DNA of 64,000 nt from Bugula neritina (lineage: Eukaryota; Animalia; Bryozoa): assembly GCA_964035545.1 (NCBI GenBank), contig OZ037773.1, forward strand, positions 8,151,751 through 8,215,750, in the 5' to 3' direction. Under the pieces are notes generated by a model. That model was given only the letters and a program-made list of their open reading frames with translations, ran no database searches and was not told the origin of the DNA. Each line of letters begins with the position of its first letter. Position 1 is the first letter of the stretch. Made by a program: the position numbers and the translations under genes. Below, piece after piece: positions 12,581 through 26,200 of this stretch.

Positions 12581-15500
12581 CTAGCTGTCAGCATCAGGAG
12601 GTGACTGTTGGAACTTTGCCAACCTCCGTCTTCTTACTTCCTCCTGGTCGGACAGAGGTGACTTGTGGGTGCTGTCGGAGAGAGATGACGAGCTTGCGGC
12701 AGCTTCTGTAGAATAGAAAAAAGTCAGCAATCATTGAATATTCTGCAAAACATGAATCGCTTAGAAGTAAACACTTTAGCTACAGGAAATAGGTAGGTGA
12801 TTCCGATGACATAAAACTTTACTTCATATCTTAAAGGAAAACTTTGGTCTTAGAATCTACTAGCACACTAAGGCTGTGGTATTCAAGATTACTAAAAATA
12901 GAATGGAGCCATCAGATTTATTTAATTAAATTCCTGAGAATTTTTCCTGCAATGTAAAAAACTCCTCCTATTAGTGTTGTTATTAGGGACACACCTACAT
13001 GCCAGAATGAAAGTGTGTCGAAATGTCTCGGTCCAGCACAAAAAGAGCTGATCACCTTTCTAAAGCCTAGCCGTCGCTATAGCAACTATGCAGACATAAG
13101 AAAACTAGCATGGCGCCATGTAGAAGATAGGAGAGATGCAAGCAGCAATACTGGCAGAGTTAGAACTGTTGATTTATGAGTAGAAAGAGAGCAGTTGGCA
13201 GGTGATTTAGAGATCAAACTTGGCAATGATGGACTTCAAAGATCTCTTCAGATAACATCTTCTAAAGGCAGCTTGAGCCACGGCTAGTCACGTACACTAG
13301 GAAGGGGTGTGTATTCTACGCTCCTCTAAACTTATGTTATGGTATGTATTAAGCTAAATATTTATTTATTCTGTCATGTTGTAAGCTGATTATAGCGTGT
13401 TGCCCATTCCATCATTCACTGTCACCATAACAGATAACAGAGTTATAGAAACTACTAGGCTGTTTATAAACTTTTATTCACTTGTCTCTTAGCTTCAAAA
13501 TACAAATCACTCCAACAGTAGATCATTTACACTGCCTGAACACCCTAAGCACATAACTGTAGACTGTATATAAAAACAACCTCCTTCGGGGGGGAGCATG
13601 CACACTTTGTTATAAAATTGCAGATAAAATTTACCAAAAAATACAAGAAATACATTCAGTGATTTTTAAAATAAAATTATTGATTTTTAAAATAAAATTA
13701 TTGATTTTTGTTATTAATATCACAACATTATGTACAATTATTACAAGTGTTATTGGTACTGTTTTTACAGTTTTAATAATACTTGTTATTATTATTAACG
13801 TTGTGATGGTTATTGATAATTTAATGGCATACAGTTGTACACCTTAACATATCTATCAAGGTGGTAAATAGAGCAAGGTTGCTAGTGAGTCAGGAGGCAT
13901 ATGGGGGGGGGGGGGGGGGCCAGAGAAGTCACATTCTAGTATTTTAAGGCTCGCCTTGTCAAGAGATTAATATAAAAATGTTTTTAAATTTTAATTCATA
14001 GCCTGTGACACCCACTCAATATTTTATAGTGGATTAGCTGTAATCTATAGTTTAAGTACACTTAGCACTGGAGAAGCGAGGAAGGGGCCTACCACTCCCT
14101 CACCCCACCTGAAAGTTTATTAGAAAAGCACTCAACTCAGCCCACGTACAGATCATCTCACCTGGTATAGGATTAGATGTGCTTGAGAAAGGAGTGGTCT
14201 TAGGCCGAGTTCCAAGTAGCTCTGCATCAGATTTAGTAGGGGTGGGCAGTGTAGCACTCGCAATACCAGCTGATAATGTTTCTGCTTCAGCTGCTAAAAT
14301 TTTATACCAATAAATAGAAAAATAAATCATTTCCCATCCTAACTGTTGCTTATCTCAACAAGTAATACAAAACATTAAATCTCACTAAAAGACGTGTACA
14401 GTAGCTAAGAGCATACGTAGTGGGAATTTTGTGATAAAGCTCTATTCTAGTCAGTTTTCTAACCTTTTTATAAACATAAAATCAAAAGTTTTGACATTTT
14501 GAATGGAGAAAATAAACTTATTTCAAGTTCAGTTTTTTTATCTGTCCTAAACAAAGATGGTTAGTTAGTCATGGGCTAAAGCATGTGGAGAAATCAATAG
14601 TGAAGAAACCGAGTGCTTTCAGCTCATGTGAAGAGCATGGCTGCAAGAAGTAGCAACAAACTGAAGCAGTGAACAGAGAACGTCTGAGATACCTGTTTCT
14701 GGTGAATGGGTTGGCGGACTACTAGATGCTGACGGCATATTCTGATTGGTTGCTTTAAAATGCTGCCGAGAAGCTTGCAATGCTGACACAACCTGCAAAT
14801 ACACAAGGGCTAGAGTGAGTCTAATGCAAGCTGAGCAACAACTTACATGCATCTGATTACTCTCAGCTTTCAAACAGAAGACTGACAGCGACTGAGATAC
14901 GGCAGCGACTAAGGCACGCTGACAGAAGCTGCAGGTGGTTAGAGACTTCAGCAACTGGATAAACCAGCAGTCGGGCTTCAAGCTACCAACAAAATAACTT
15001 GTATTTGGGAAAACACCAAAAAAGTACACAGACAAGATTTACTCAGTGAGAAGACACTTCTACAGACTCAACAGAGACGCCCCTAGGCAGCAGTAGTGAT
15101 GACTCACGGTGGTATACTGATGCATCTGCTCCACGGCGCTGTCTAGTAGTGTCTGTATATCCCGTAACCAGAGTATCCGCGCCTCCATAGCCTCTCTTTC
15201 ATCTTTCTCCATTTGCTGCAGCTGTTCGTCAGTCAACTGCTGTATATTAGCTGTTGGCATAGGAGGAGGGGGCATCGCTGTATAAGAGACCACAGGCTAT
15301 AACAACTACAAGCATCTATATTATACACTGCATTATATTACCAGTTGGAGTTGTATGCTCTCTTTAAAAACCTCACAACAGAAGATACCCGATTAGGTAA
15401 ACAAAAAACTCTTAAACTCAGCTTAACAGAATAGAATTGAAGTAGCCATCCAAGCACAGTAACAAAACGCTGTGAGAAGAAATAGGTCAAACTTAACAGA

Positions 15501-18500
15501 TAGTATCGCTAACTCAGCTGGGAATTATGCCATTATGAGTATTATAAAAATGCAGAAAAGTAAAACACATTTCGGGTTATTCCTGAAGATAAGATAAAGT
15601 AATAATGAGAGAGATAAGTATTCAATTATGTTGATATTGTCAGAGCACAGTGAAATAGGTAGACCTGCAAAACTACTTTCAACCTTAAGATTATGTGTAA
15701 TGAAAGGTGAAATACTGGACAAGTGCCATAACTTGAGATAAAGAATTAACATGAATTATAATAACAGTACAGTACAAGGAGAGCTGAGAGAAAAGAGTAC
15801 AGGTTAACAGTGTCTAATCTCATTTCTGGTGAATAAATTACTGCAGGTGCTGAGATACTCCAACTATAAATCAATCAGAATTGTGTCAACCAGATGTAAG
15901 AGATTAGCTAGATTAAGGTGTGACAGGCTTCCTGATGCAAACACCGGGCAAAGTTGTGTACAGTTGAAGAAAATACAGCAGAGATTTCATATAACACGTA
16001 CACAACCTCTGTCCATGATAATTGTCATATAATGAAATGTGAATTTTCCAGTTGGCAAGTTAAATACAGCTAATAGGTTCTATTAATAAAAAAAGTGTTG
16101 AGAAACATTTAGTTTAAACAAGCATGTTTATCATTGCTTCGTACTAAATGTTATGTAGGTGTAGCTACTCACACATAAAAGGCATGAAGGGAAATGGAGG
16201 AACACCGGGTGAGCCAGCTGGACCAGGAGCACCTACTCCACCACCAGCATCTACCATATAAACAAGAGTTATGTTACAGAATACACTAACAGCAACATGT
16301 CATCTGTTGAAAGAAGTAATTTCACCATATGAACTTACGAGGGTAGTTTATATTTGGTGGAAATACTGGAGGGAACCCCGGCATGAGGTTTGGAAGAGGC
16401 GCTGCCTGGGCAGCAGGGGGTACTCCAGGTGGTGTCGTGGGAGCTTGAGCTGCAGGCGGCTGCACTGGAGGAGCAGGAAAATTAGGAAATGCTTGCCCTG
16501 AAATAATATTACAAGAGAACATAATTACTCAGCAGACAATACAACTGGTGAATGTTACATTATATCAATAGATACTATATTATGTTATACAGTCTCTACT
16601 CACAAGGATTAAACTGTTGAAACTGAGCGGCCCCAGGAGGTACTTGATCTGGTGCAGGGGGTGCCGCCGGAGCAGCTCTAGCAGCTGGAGGTGCAGGTGA
16701 TGCTGCAGGCCTGGAGCTTAAAATCTATAACAAAGTTGCTTAGTGGAGTAAACCTGTGTATCCCGTACAGTAGATGAAAGTAATGAACATTTTGGAGTTG
16801 GCTTCTCTTAATCAGCAAAATTTAATCCCTGTGCAAACTGGCTATTGCTCTCTAGTGCTTTAGTCTGAAGTGGGAATTACTAAACTTAAGGTCTGCTGTA
16901 CCCAGTTGCAGCAGAATGTATCAACTCTCACCACAATTTAATAAATACTGGGGAAAATAGCATCACATAAAATAAATATAAAATCTTATAAATATAAAAA
17001 TAAATGTAAAATCAGACAACAAATCACACTACACTTTCGACAACATTCAATACTTCAGCAATACAACAAAACAAATGAGCATCTTTTAACTGCCTAAGTA
17101 TGACAACAAATAAAGTCTAAGGAATGGCTGTCACAGAAGAGTAGGTGCTCAGCTCCAACTGCGTTGAATAGCGTTAGTTTTGGCAGATATTTGCAGCATT
17201 AGAAGTTGTCTGTTCGCAATAAAAGCAATCACTCCAAACTAGCAACTCGAGCAAAGAATTATAAACCCAAGCTAAGCCAAAATTTAGACCTCTGCACCTA
17301 AAAGTCACTGATAAGATACCCTTATCGACTGAAGGTCATTTAGAGGTCTCCTAGAGGTTAATAAGGTCACCTAGAGGTCAAGGTCACCTAGAGGTCACTC
17401 GACTTACCTCCATTCTACAAGTCGGACAGGTCTGCTGTCTCTGGAACCAGGAGCGTAGACAGCTGGCATGAAATATGTGGGAGCAGGGGAGCTTCTTGCA
17501 TCCGCCATTCACGTGCATTGGCTCTCTGCATATAATACAGTCGTCAGCATTCTGCAGATCTTCCTCTGTGGCATCGGGATATCTGCAGAAGAAATGTGTA
17601 CTGTAAGCTACTTCAACAATATTACACTAGCATTACAGTAGCTGGTGTAGAGTAGAGCACACTTATACATACAGCAGATCAACCTGCATGTGTTGAATAG
17701 TACAAGCTTAGGGTATGCCGAGTAGACAAATCAATTGAGCACAAAATAGAGCGGATTTCAGCATTATGTCATTTGGTTAGATGTAAGCAAGTTACTACAG
17801 GCTATCTAACACACAGAGCACAGGCTAGTATAACAAACAGAGTACATGCTAGCTAAAACATACGGAACACAGGGTAGTTAACACACGTGGAACAGAGGCT
17901 AGCTAACACACAAGGAACACGAGCTAGCTATAACACACGGAACACAGGGTAGCCAACATACGGAACAAAGAACAAGTTGACTTACAGTTGATTCATATTT
18001 CTAATAGCTCTGCGAGACATAATCACATCTGTGAGAGACCTCTTGAAACTCCTGGAAACACAGACGAGAAAATACAAACCAGAAACCTATTTTTTCGTTA
18101 TATTCTTCCCATTGGAAAATTTATGACATCAACTCACTTTAAAAATTAGTTGGAGTTTGAAAATCAAATTATAGTCACTAAAATTCTACAACACAGAAAA
18201 TTTGAAAATACATACATGAGCTAGGAGGTAGTGAGATGGTGAAGAGTGCTAGAGTTATCTCCCTTACCTCATTGTCAAGTAGAGTGGTCGGATTGCAAAC
18301 AGCGGGAATGTGTGCACCTTACTCATGATCCCCACAAACACCACATACAGGCCAAACTTCCACCCGCCTGTAACAGAAGCAGTTAATTGGAAATTTTAAA
18401 ATCACAGCATCATGTGTCTAGTAATAACACTATCAGCCCTGAGTGAGGCAATGAGTAGAGCCTGAGTGAGTTACTGTATCTCGGTGACAGTTGATTAGCG

Positions 18501-21500
18501 ACAAAAGTCACAGTTGATCAGTGACACAAATCACAGTCACTGAGTGGCAGTTGATTAGTAACAGGTGATTGAGTCACAAGAAAGTTACTATGACTAGCAG
18601 ACAAATGAGAGGCCCAATACGATTGGCTTGCATCAACCCACACAGCATACAAAGTAGAAACCAATTGCTTATACAAAATATCTGAAATATTATAAGAGCA
18701 GTAGAGTAAGGAGGTTTAATGGACACAAGAATTAGAATTGTCGATTTGAGCTGAATTGTGAGAGCATCTATATTAACTATTCTACTATTGTACTCTTCTC
18801 TGTACTATTGAGTAGTACATCTAATTACAATGAGAAGACAACTACTAGAGTGAGAGACCTACTTGTAATGAGTTCTAGATGTAGAAGATATACAGCTTTG
18901 TTCTCCCAGGGGTTCTCATCGTAGAGATCAATGCAGTGTAGCATATACTTGGTGAACACTGTGAACACGACTGTGATAAGGATGGCATACTGAAAGAGAT
19001 AGAGTAACACACAATGCTATCACGTAGCACTACTAGGGCAGACATATTCAGCTTTCACATATGAAATAAGTCCTTTATCATATTAGAAACAATTTTAATA
19101 TTGAATATATGAACAAGAAAGTACAGAGTTATCCACTCTTCTTACATTATTTGAATGAAAAATGCATTTGTCACATTGTTTTGGATAAACCAGATTTTTA
19201 CATATTAATAGCAATTTCATTAAATGGTTGTTTATAACAAGTCGGTGATTCAATACAATCCCAATACAGGCACAGTACTAACCGGTGAATAAATAGAGGC
19301 AACAACTAACACTAGAAGTTATTGTAGATAGACATTGAGTGTAATTCATGGTAATTATGTTGAATATAATCATATGTTAGAGAAACGTCATTTATATCGT
19401 TGCAAATAGATAAATGCATATGCCAACAGTAAACGTATGCATATGAAGCAGTTTACTGAAACAAGCCTAAATTTTAGCAACAATTTTATCCAAAGGCTAA
19501 CTACCTGAAGAGAGTGGTTACTACAGTTGTGATTAACTGTAATAAACACAACCATCATGGCTATCACTGTAGCACTGTAGATACCATTTGCTGAGAGCAA
19601 GTATAATATTTACCTCAAACCCAAAGACCAGCTGGGCGGATGCACCGTGCAAGAGAGTTGATAAATACGCCTTTTTTATAAAGTAGAAATCCACGAGGGC
19701 CAACAGCGTGAGCAAACCTGGAAGACAAGGTCAAAGGTTAGTTAGGTCGGCTGACACAGCAGAGATGTGATAGGCCAGTTTAACAGCCACACATTATGTA
19801 ACTTAGGCATGTGGAATAAACTTCTGTCATACAAAGTTTAGATGATCTGAGGCAGAGCTGCGTGCAGAATAAAGGAATTTAATAATAAAACGAAAATTAA
19901 AATATTATAATATTAAACAAATTTGAAATCCCACAACTGCAATACATGAGCAGACTAATATCACCTGGCATAGTAATACTACAGTATATCAGTTACTTAC
20001 TATGGTAAGTACCATATTGAACTTACTGGTCACTCTGGTATGAAACAGCCAGCCTAGCAGTGGACTTCTCTCCATCTAAAAGAGTAAATTATGGAAAGTA
20101 GTGGCGATTGCTAAAATGCGCAGAGTTGTTTTCCCATAAACACAGAAACAAAGTGAAGATAACTGACTAAAAGGCACGTTCTTTACTTCTAAATGGGAAA
20201 AACTTATATTAATTTATCACAGATTTGAGCGCATTTTAACCAAATAATTCACTTACACTATCCTTCGACACCTTATTCAGTAGCTACCACACGTGTATGT
20301 ATGTATTTACATTTATCCTTCGACACCTTATTCAGTAGCTACCACATGTGCATGTATGTACTTGCATTTATCCTTTGACACTGTATTCAGTAGTTAATGC
20401 ATGTGTATCTATATACTTACGAAATCTACTCTGTCCTCAGCCAGCCAATGAAAACACTTGAAAAAGAGCAGCATGACAAACATGGCCACAAAGACGGCGT
20501 TGAAGTCATCCTTGAAAACTGTAAAGGCTAGACAGGTTTCCGTGACGGCATACCTGAAACAGGAAGTCTGGAAATGACGTATCCCATTATTCAATATGGC
20601 TGACAAACTGTGATATGTGTTAGTTAGATCTAAACTCTCTAGTTTCTTCAACTCTATTTTACTCCACAATGCAGTAAAATCTGGTGGGCAAGATTCCACC
20701 TCAACATACAAGGCAAATTCATCAGAGAGTTGATGATTGTAATTATTAGATTTTGAACATCAAGGAAAGCTGGTGCCGAGCAGAGCGAACTTTTTAGGGC
20801 TAATCTGGTAGAGATTTCAACAACTGCCAAATAATTCAATGCTATAACCAAATCATTTGCACAATTGTCTGCATATCTTACTATGATCTCTACAGTTTTC
20901 TATATCTTACCATGATCTCTCTACCAGATGTTCAACTTCCGCAGTTCTCAGAGAGCCGAAGAATATTTTTCTAGTCAGCTTAGCCAGCAACACAACAAAC
21001 ACTAACGCCTGGGCTATCAGAACCTGGTAAACAGAAAAAAGTGCAACAATAATGAGAAGATAAATCCTAACTATTTCACGTCAGTCCTAAGTAAAGTCAA
21101 TAGTATGTAGAGCCCTAGGTTACAATCACATGGCTAATTTCAAGAATCGCAGTAAAACTAAACAGCGTAATGATAATCATTTGCGGGTCCTAAGAGAACT
21201 TTCTATTCTAATCCTATGACTAGTCATTTGATCTAGCACATTGACATTCAGCTTCACACACTAAGTCTCACAGTGTGAGTTATACATTTGCAGCTCATTA
21301 CTATTACCATGACTAGGAGTGATACTCATACTATGGCCATCACTATAAAAGTAAATATCACCATCACCATGAAAATAAATAGAAGTTGAATATAACTTAT
21401 AAATATAACTATAAGTGTTCTGATCATAATTAGCCTTCCATCATTAAGATTATACATACTATTAGTATTATCATTATGACTACATCCTTGATCATCATTA

Positions 21501-21850
21501 TGATTATGCAAACATTAAAAATAGATTAAGGAATTTACTTTCAGTTTTAGGTTCAGGTTGAGATTGCTATTAGTATTGGTATTACATGGCATTCACTGAT
21601 TCAGTTTAACTTCACTGTAACCGTTGACTTTGAGTTTGAGTGAGACTGGCTAGTTTTAATGAGTAGCAAGTAAACTAAGTAAAACAGCACTAGTGATGCT
21701 TACCGCTAGACTAGGGTTAGATTTAGTTAGGTAAACTACGGCTGGATAAAACTGCTTCTTTTGGTGAAAGGCATTTCCAATGACAAAAGTCGTCAACACA
21801 AAGCTTAAAACATATGCTCCTCCTTCCCCTATTCTTTGAGCAAGCCGCAT
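12581..21850 (-). CDS. SYVN1: E3 ubiquitin ligase synoviolin/HRD1, ~632 aa; exons 21704-21850, 20911-21023, 20421-20553, 20027-20075, 19614-19717, 18863-18989, 18268-18367, 17986-18051, 17408-17582, 16604-16724, 16339-16497, 16173-16250, 15108-15277, 14693-14792, 14162-14293, 12581-12705
   Basis: KKQFYPAVVYLTKSNPS, IFFGSLRTAEVEHLVERSWYAVTETCLAFTVF, FHWLAEDRVDFMERSP, PWENKAVY; RING-H2 CIICRE..CKKLPCSHIFHASCLRSWFQRQQTCPTCR; Pro-rich region; LTDEQLQQME..REAMEARI; C-terminal p97-binding EEVRRRRLAKF. Confidence 0.97.
17805..17975. repeat. Degenerate ~24-bp minisatellite
   Basis: AACACACGGAACACAGGG(C)TAGCT-like units in a SYVN1 intron. Confidence 0.75.
20259..20410. repeat. ~55-bp tandem repeat, ~3 copies
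   Basis: TATCCTTCGACACCTTATTCAGTAGCTACCAC(A)CGTGTATGTATGTA repeated. Confidence 0.85.
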
Positions 21851-23295
21851 AGTGACGAGCCGGACGAACAAGATAACAAATCACAAATTAGTGAAAAACA
21901 TTCAATTTAAGATTTTACTAATATCATACGAGTAAATATTGATTTTTATATTATTCAGTTCTGTAAACGAAACTCAAACTGAAACTTTCCAACTTGTTCA
22001 TCATAACCGGATGTTGTTAAATCAACGTCTTTCAAGCTTATTGGGCTTTGCAAGCATTTGCTTTTTACTCAGAAAAGACAACTCCTGTTCACTTTTTCGA
22101 AGCGCTAATTTACAGACAATAGCTCTTTCAATTAATTTATTATTATTATTATTAATGCATGAAAAAAATGGTTATATTTATATTATAATATAACAGTAAT
22201 ATATAATATATGGTGTTGTATATGATGATCAAAGTGAGGTTATAGAATTTCATAACAACTAAAGAAAATTAGACACTGAGAAACGTGCAGGCTGCAGGGA
22301 GCTTGTTATAAATGGCTGCTGATACATTATAGCTTTCATTGTTGCATATGCAGTTTATAATTTTGCAATTTTCTCTGAGTTTTATTAAAATATTTAAAAA
22401 AAGATGTAACTCATGAGGTAAACTGACTAACATTTATGTATTATTTATAATAATTTGGCTTTCTTTTGCCAATAAAGTTTACTTATCACTTTTACTACAA
22501 GTAGCATGGCCATTGTAGAGTGTATTGAGAGAGCTGTAGACATATTAAGTATTAACATAAAAATCATTTTAATAAACAGCAAATATTTGCTTTATAAGTA
22601 ATAAGAAGATTCACAAAATGCCCATATGGAATTTATTTCATAAATGAACATGCATATGTATTGAAGAATTCTTTCAAATAAACAGGACTGCTATTTATGA
22701 CTTGTCAATTTATTGAGATCAAAACTTAATTATTTTTGTCTAAACAATAAATAAACAATTAAATATAAAAATAACAACTTGTGTATATATACTATACAGT
22801 AGTTTTACAAATAGCCATGTATTCCACAAATACTACAGAGTATGATTAAAATCGGTGTAAATGGGTTTAAAAGCTTTGACAAAAACAGGTTTCACTCGCA
22901 GCGCACACTGCTGTCAAAAAAAGATTTTCAAAGTTTTTATTGATGTTGTTTCAAGGCATATCAAGTGCAGTGAGTGAGGAGAAATCACATCCCTTCTGTA
23001 TATTGCACAGAATGATGAAAATAAACAACATATTATGTGACCAGCTATGCGACTTATATGGTAACTATGGTAATGGCTATGACATGCAGTGTATAGTACC
23101 CTGTGTAACAACAACCTGCAGTGACATGTCTGCAGATGGCAGTATTTCTGATAAGTTTAAGTTATCTTCTGAGTCATTGCACTTGTGGTATCATTACTAC
23201 AGCATGCATAGAAAATCTAAATATGATTCATGGCCAGTTATAAAAATGTCACAATTAAAAGTTAAATAACTATTTATAAATAGGCCGGACTTCCT

Positions 23296-26200
23296 TCACT
23301 CTGATAAGGTCTTCAACTTGGTTAGTAGTTCATCTATAAACTCCTGTAATAGTTATATCATTGTGATATTGTGTTTACCATACACCATGGCAGATTCAAA
23401 TCAATATTAGCAATATCAGTATTATCTATTACATAATAGTTAATAATTGTTATGCAATTTTCAGTTTCTACATAATATTATGTGATGTCTTTTAGAATAA
23501 TATATAACATGTATATTATATCAGAGTGCAATTTCAAGACAAATCTAAATATTAATGTGAATAATATCAATATTATTTATTGCATAATATTATTCAGCAC
23601 ATGTATATCACTCAATACAAGCTTATTATAACTGTTTTAATTCACCACTTCCATACAATTGATATTCAGCAAAATAGTAACAAGCTCGCCTACAATATAA
23701 AACAAAGTTCAACTTTTATTTTATGAGAAAATAACTCCCAATTATAATCAAGAAGTTAATTTTTTGCAATTATCTAATTTTTGGTGAAAAGGCAATTAGA
23801 ACTTGCATAGCTCAGAATATACTATACATCCTGTAGCCTTTGATTGCCGTCTAACAAATCATGACTACCTATGAAAGGCCTGTGAAGTTCACTAATCTTA
23901 TATATCAACGCAAGTCTCTAAGGCCATCCCCCAACATGTTATTTTAAATATTCTTACCTTTACATGGATCTGAGGCTTTTTACAGTCCACCAAGGAATCC
24001 TAAAACACAAAATAATATAACTAACCACTTGTTACTCCAGCAACCAGGAAAAATCAAATTAATATGAAATGCAGACACTCAACTATGGCACAAGTAACGC
24101 ATCTGGGTTACCCACTAGAACCTGATACATCTCAGCAGTCTCTTAGTAATGTCACAGTATCATTGGTTTCTATAGCTATTATATGTGTTGTGGAGGGGAA
24201 GAATATAGCAACCCTTACATAGTTAGTGAACTAATACTCTACAAGTAGTCTATTATACGTACTAGTTTAATGAATACAGTCAATTTCAAACAATTCCAAA
24301 TACAAAATCATTCTATAATTTAGTGTTTTTAAGTGTTCGTTTTATGTATTAATTTTATATGGGGCCAGTTTACACAACATAAATAATTGTTTTACTATGT
24401 CAATATTACACACTCTCCACAAAGCAATATTATCAATGCCAAACTACCAATGCTTTTTAAACTTTCTCTGCTCTCATAAAGTCCATGTTGCTCAATTAGC
24501 CTAGAAGCTACACTATGAAACATTAAGAGCTTAAATCACTTAACAATCTAATAATTTACTATGCATTATCATTCTCTTAACCAGTATTTTTATGTATATT
24601 ATAACTTTTAACTTTACCATTACAAAAATGTAGTAATAATTATAGTTATATTCATATTTATACAAAAAAGGGGGCTGCAACTGCTCACCTCTAAATATTG
24701 CCGTTTTTCAATGTTGGTTTCTAGGTCTATCACTTCATCTAAGTCTACATCACATGGGTACATCATTCCACTGCTTGTCTAGAACAGAAAGCATATAATT
24801 ACTTCAGTTTGAACTTTTCATGATACTAACAATTATTGACTAAACTACCTTTTAACACAAAACTACACTCACAAGGTTTACTACTATACATCAGCCTTGA
24901 CAAATGATATATACGTGTATATGACAATTTTATCTGAAGAGTGCACAACATCTTGTGTACGAAACTATTAGTAATAAATGTCATTATAATAATCAAATAT
25001 CATTTCATTTCTTCTAATATATATATATAACAGTAATCTATAAATGCACTAGTACAAGTGCTTTGTTTATTACTGCACATTGTACTATATTGCATCATCA
25101 AGATCATTTCCTGATAGTAACTAAGTCCTATATTACAAACTTCACTATAAGATTACGATTGGAATAACAGCTTATCATTGCTACACTTTGCTAATATTAG
25201 GTTTTAGTATGATGTCTCAGGGTGGGATACCATTGAAATGTTTTGTCAACCATACTAAGTCAGGGTGATAACTCCCCCCCCCCACCGCCACAGCACATAC
25301 AATAGCCATGGAACTTATGCTACAGTAGACTTAGACTCAGTTTTTGCAAGTATTATGGGTTACTGCGATGAGCACCGTTAAATTCCCAATGTACAAAACA
25401 AATACTCTGCTAGGCTCTACTATAAATAACTTTTCGAATGACTCATAGGCTCTGCTAAACGCTGTTTCTAGAGATGCTAAATGAGCCTTCAAACTTCATG
25501 AGAGCATACATAGTTGCTAGGTTACGTGTCTCTATTAAACAGTAAATCTGCAGTCTAAATAGCTCGGAGTTTTTAGTTCTGGTTCACAACAGTGAAATAA
25601 AAGGAGTTATGTTTCCTTCAAGGGTACATAACACTCTTCATCATGAGCACAGCCAGAATAAGTCAATAGTATACCTCAATCTTATTTACCAAGATTATGA
25701 GTAGACATTATGCATGAAGCGATGGCTAGTTTTCAGTTCATATAGCACAAGTCCATAAAATTATAGTTCCTGACAGTATACAGACTGGTACTGTTACATA
25801 ACAAATACTGGTAGGAATGATAATGACATTCTCCAGATTAAGATAAACTAAGAATGTAAACTCTCTTGAAGCTTGTGTCATCTTGCCTTCAAGTGGGCTC
25901 ACCCTAATGTAGATAAGGTGGTGGCTTCAGCGTTGAGTAAACATCTACGGAGTGTAGCAACATATCCTATAGCTTCTTAATGTTAGAGGTGATCTTATCT
26001 CATCAGCTTATAGCTAAGAGTATACATTAGCAAGCAGGTGCACACTTACACCTCATATCTACATTTTGCTGCGTGAAAAGGTTGTTGAAGTTTTCAGTTT
26101 TTAAAAAAGAAAATATATGCAAAAAACTTAAATGCTGAAGTATGTAAAAAGAAAAGATAGATTTATACACTCACACATTTTATGCACCTACAAATTCATG

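Noticed and set aside
21850-22300. ER-stress elements (ERSE/UPRE) in the SYVN1 promoter
   Set aside because: No CCAAT-N9-CCACG or TGACGTGG match found by eye.
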